Assembly (NCBI RefSeq): GCF_001186125.1
Contig: NW_014039797.1
Coordinates: 1 to 39,788 of the forward strand
From: Sphaeroforma arctica JP610
Lineage: Eukaryota
Length of the DNA stretch: 39,788 nt
Direction of reading: 5' to 3'
The translations under genes and the position numbers were made by a program. Positions 36,959 to 39,788 of this stretch are shown here, one piece after another. The notes beneath the pieces were generated by a model that saw nothing but the letters and a program-made list of their open reading frames with translations, was not told the DNA's origin and made no database searches. Positions within the stretch are counted from its first letter, which is position 1. Each line of letters begins with the position of its first letter.

Positions 36959-37674
36959 AATTAATTACTACATAATTATTACTATATATATATATAATAT
37001 ANACTATATATNTACTATATATATATAATACATATATATCTATATATATATATACATACATATATATATTATAAATTTCAATATATATATATATATATAG
37101 TTATGTAAGTGTATGTAATTATACATATATGTCTATATATACTCATTCAGATAAAGATGGAGGCAAAAATAAGAGAGAGATATATATTTATATATACATT
37201 ATTTATTAAGATTAAAAATGTATAATTTGCATGTATCCACGTAGGGAAGCATACAAGTAAGCACACATACGCATGCGACACCTTGAAAGAGACACTCACA
37301 GGAGAACAGCATCAGTCACGTGGACCTGTTGCCACGTTGCAGGTCTTCACAGCCGTTGGAAAATGTATAAAACATAACCTGCGTCCATACATCAGCAACA
37401 CTACATGAACGCTTACACATAAGTGCATCTAAATTTCGATCAAATACTACAATGCAGCTATCCAAAGGCGAACAATGACCATGAATCATACAGTCATACA
37501 AATAAATTTCTTGAATTTGTCATTCTATGTCTGCCCACAAGGACCAGACGCAATGCGGGGCATTTTTGGAAAGAAACATTCTTGTTTAAACAACTATACA
37601 CTATGACACTTAGGACTGTAGCCACGAACATTCTCGGATAAACTCGTAGTAAGTTGAACGAATATACAACGATG

Positions 37675-38451
37675 TCATACCGCCAAATTGTTGTCAGGGA
37701 TACATTCGCATTGCGCACATCCTCGTAAATCGGTGGTAAAACCAGCAGTACATTCCAGCTCGCACTGCGACGAAGGTTCAGTCGCGGAGCAGGTGCATAG
37801 GGGATCAACTGTCTGTTCTTCATCACACACGGCAGTTGAACAGTCGAACAAATCGCCCTCAAAGGTACATCCACAGGTATTGCACCCGTCGAAGTATTCC
37901 AGACACCCTGGTGGGCAGTGGTCTTTGCACATTTCGTTGTAATCACTGTCGTTCCAGTCCAAGAACATCTGCCTGTCTGCTTCATCCACATCTGTCCACA
38001 GAATGTGATAGTAGCACATATTGATAGACAATGTGCCATTCTCCTCTTTCCCTGCAAGTACATACGTACCCCCGTCGATGAAGTCATCGGGGCCGAGGTC
38101 ACATGAGTTGACATTATTCGAGTGGCTCGAATTACTCAGAGGGATAATAAGCACCTCATTAACTGCACCTACTTCGATGTCAGCTATAGTTTTGGCCAAA
38201 AGTTGTAGTTCCTCTACTTGTACGTCGACAGTCACCACCGCGAGCCAGTCTGAGAAACACAGCTGTTCTTTAATGGTAACGTAGGGACAACTGCATGCAC
38301 TGCATGCTTGCGTATTGAATGTGACTATGGCTACAAACAATAGCAAACTAGCACTAACGATCCTGGATGGACCAGTAGTAGCGAGGTTCCGTCCGCCAAG
38401 CATCATGACTATGTGCCCGCGTTGTGAACTCGGCTTCTGTGATATCAACAT
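37675..38451 (-). CDS. Secreted TIMP/NTR-domain protein with C-terminal DGCN and antistasin-like modules
   Basis: Hydrophobic segment SLLLFVAIVTF, then A|CSCPYVTIKEQLCFSD, SC..GGTYVLAG..LSINMC..W; CPPGCLEYFDGCNTCGC; CELECTAGFTTDLRGCAQCEC. Start may be the ATG at 38406. Confidence 0.88.
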   Translation of the reverse strand: MLISQKPSSQRGHIVMMLGGRNLATTGPSRIVSASLLLFVAIVTFNTQACSACSCPYVTIKEQLCFSDWLAVVTVDVQVEELQLLAKTIADIEVGAVNEVLIIPLSNSSHSNNVNSCDLGPDDFIDGGTYVLAGKEENGTLSINMCYYHILWTDVDEADRQMFLDWNDSDYNEMCKDHCPPGCLEYFDGCNTCGCTFEGDLFDCSTAVCDEEQTVDPLCTCSATEPSSQCELECTAGFTTDLRGCAQCECIPDNNLAV

Positions 38452-38595
38452 ACAAATTGCATATTAAATTTATGGCCTTCCTCTGCGGATTTTAACACAA
38501 AAAGTTCGAATTTGTTACATATTTGGCTATTTTTCTTCTATATTGGAGTGTTACTGACCTGTGTACGGCATTATTAAAATTGTGTAAATATGCTT

Positions 38596-38700
38596 GAAAT
38601 TTTCATGGCCCTCTGGATTAGGGTCACTGCTAAATTTACGATTTCCGCTACGACACCTGATTTCTGCTCGCGACCCTAATCCAGAGGGCCGCGAAATTTC
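38596..38700. repeat. Inverted repeat / MITE-like hairpin
   Basis: GGCCCTCTGGATTAGGGTC (38607-38625) is the exact reverse complement of 38672-38690; imperfect extension GAAATTT. Confidence 0.85.
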
Positions 38701-39569
38701 TATTGACTCTGCGATGCTCTGTTAAAAATGATATTTGTTTTTAAAATATATATCCATATATATAAATATGTATTTAGCTCTATGAAATAGCTGAAATAAG
38801 TAAATATAAAGATATTTTTATTTCCAAACAAAAAAACGAGTTTCGTTATATCAAGAGACCAGTAAATATATTTTGTACATATTGGGTTATTTAAATATTT
38901 TTATAAATAATAGGAGCAGACAACATCAAATATTGGACGGAGGAACCCAGAGATTTTTTACTTTGTATAGAGGTTGACCCAGAGGTATATTAAAAATTGT
39001 ATTTCATTAGAAGCTAGATGACTCCAACTCTCCGTTTTGACGAGTAAGAAACGTATGCTTAATCTCATCCCGATCGGACTATTGGTTCCAAAGTTATGAA
39101 ATATTTCAGTTTGTACCAGAACTGGGTCGAACTAGGCATTTAATAAGTCCAATCCATACCCAACAGAGTACAGACCTTTCTGGCATTATACATAGTATAC
39201 AACTTTATTGGTCTATGTGGGGTAGGTAATATGCGCGCGTACAGCGAGTTTGGAATTTTGGATGTGTATTTCGGGTACCTCGTATTCTAACCAGTACCTT
39301 TTATACCAGTGAGAATGTGAGCTACCCGAATTCAAAATTTTTATGTTCAATTTTCAGATTGCTATGCTTTCATCACTAAAAGCATAGCTATTAACTATCA
39401 AGACCCTACAAACTATATTTAACCCAAAAATGGAATAAAGTGTAACTATCTTCGCCAATTTGAGACCCAGTGCAAGAATATGGAAAAGCCCAATACAGAA
39501 AACACGATATGATACCAGCGGCAGCGGGGAAGTATTTAGGTTGAAGACTTGAAGTGAATACAGTATTTA

Positions 39570-39788
39570 CACACACACAAAAATACAAACACACACATAG
39601 TCAGACAGGCCTACTTACATACTTCCGTATATACATACTTGCATACAAACAAACAAACACACACACACACACACATATATATATATGTATATATGTATAT
39701 ATATATATACATACACACACCAATATATATACATACAGACACAAACCCACACACGCACACGCACACATACACACAAAACACATGCATA
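39570..39788. repeat. (CA)n/(TA)n microsatellite
   Basis: Dinucleotide runs. Confidence 0.9.

Larger units (their letters stand above)
35150..37200. repeat. Extended TA/CA/CT microsatellite field
   Basis: Low-complexity dinucleotide runs. Confidence 0.92.

Noticed and set aside
35309..37061. ORFs rich in Y/I/H/T/C/V (also 6-261, 32808-33148, 39601-39783)
   Set aside because: Translations of dinucleotide microsatellites or N gaps

Overview
Eukaryotic, intron-poor, microsatellite-rich draft-genome window with two N gaps. It is mostly a nest of decayed transposable elements. A unicellular eukaryote such as an ichthyosporean is my guess from sequence style only. Elements: two copies and one 3' fragment of an APE-RT non-LTR retrotransposon; a Ty3/Gypsy element (10.6-15.8 kb, +) with a solo LTR of its family at 8173-8799; an older related Gypsy element on the minus strand whose 3' LTR appears split by a LINE; a third, more divergent retroelement relic; a PIF1 helicase fragment; and a decayed Sola3-like DNA transposase. 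Main observation: the Gypsy pol carries a Dam/DIRS-type amino-methyltransferase domain (DMFA...NPPW) between RNase H and a DDE integrase, followed by a chromodomain-like tail. Traces of the same RNase H-methylase fusion occur in two other diverged elements in this window. Host-like genes: a 373-aa unknown ORF and two tandem Cys-rich protease-inhibitor-like genes, one being a TIMP N-domain fused to DGCN/antistasin-like repeats. All domain calls are by eye; no searches were run.
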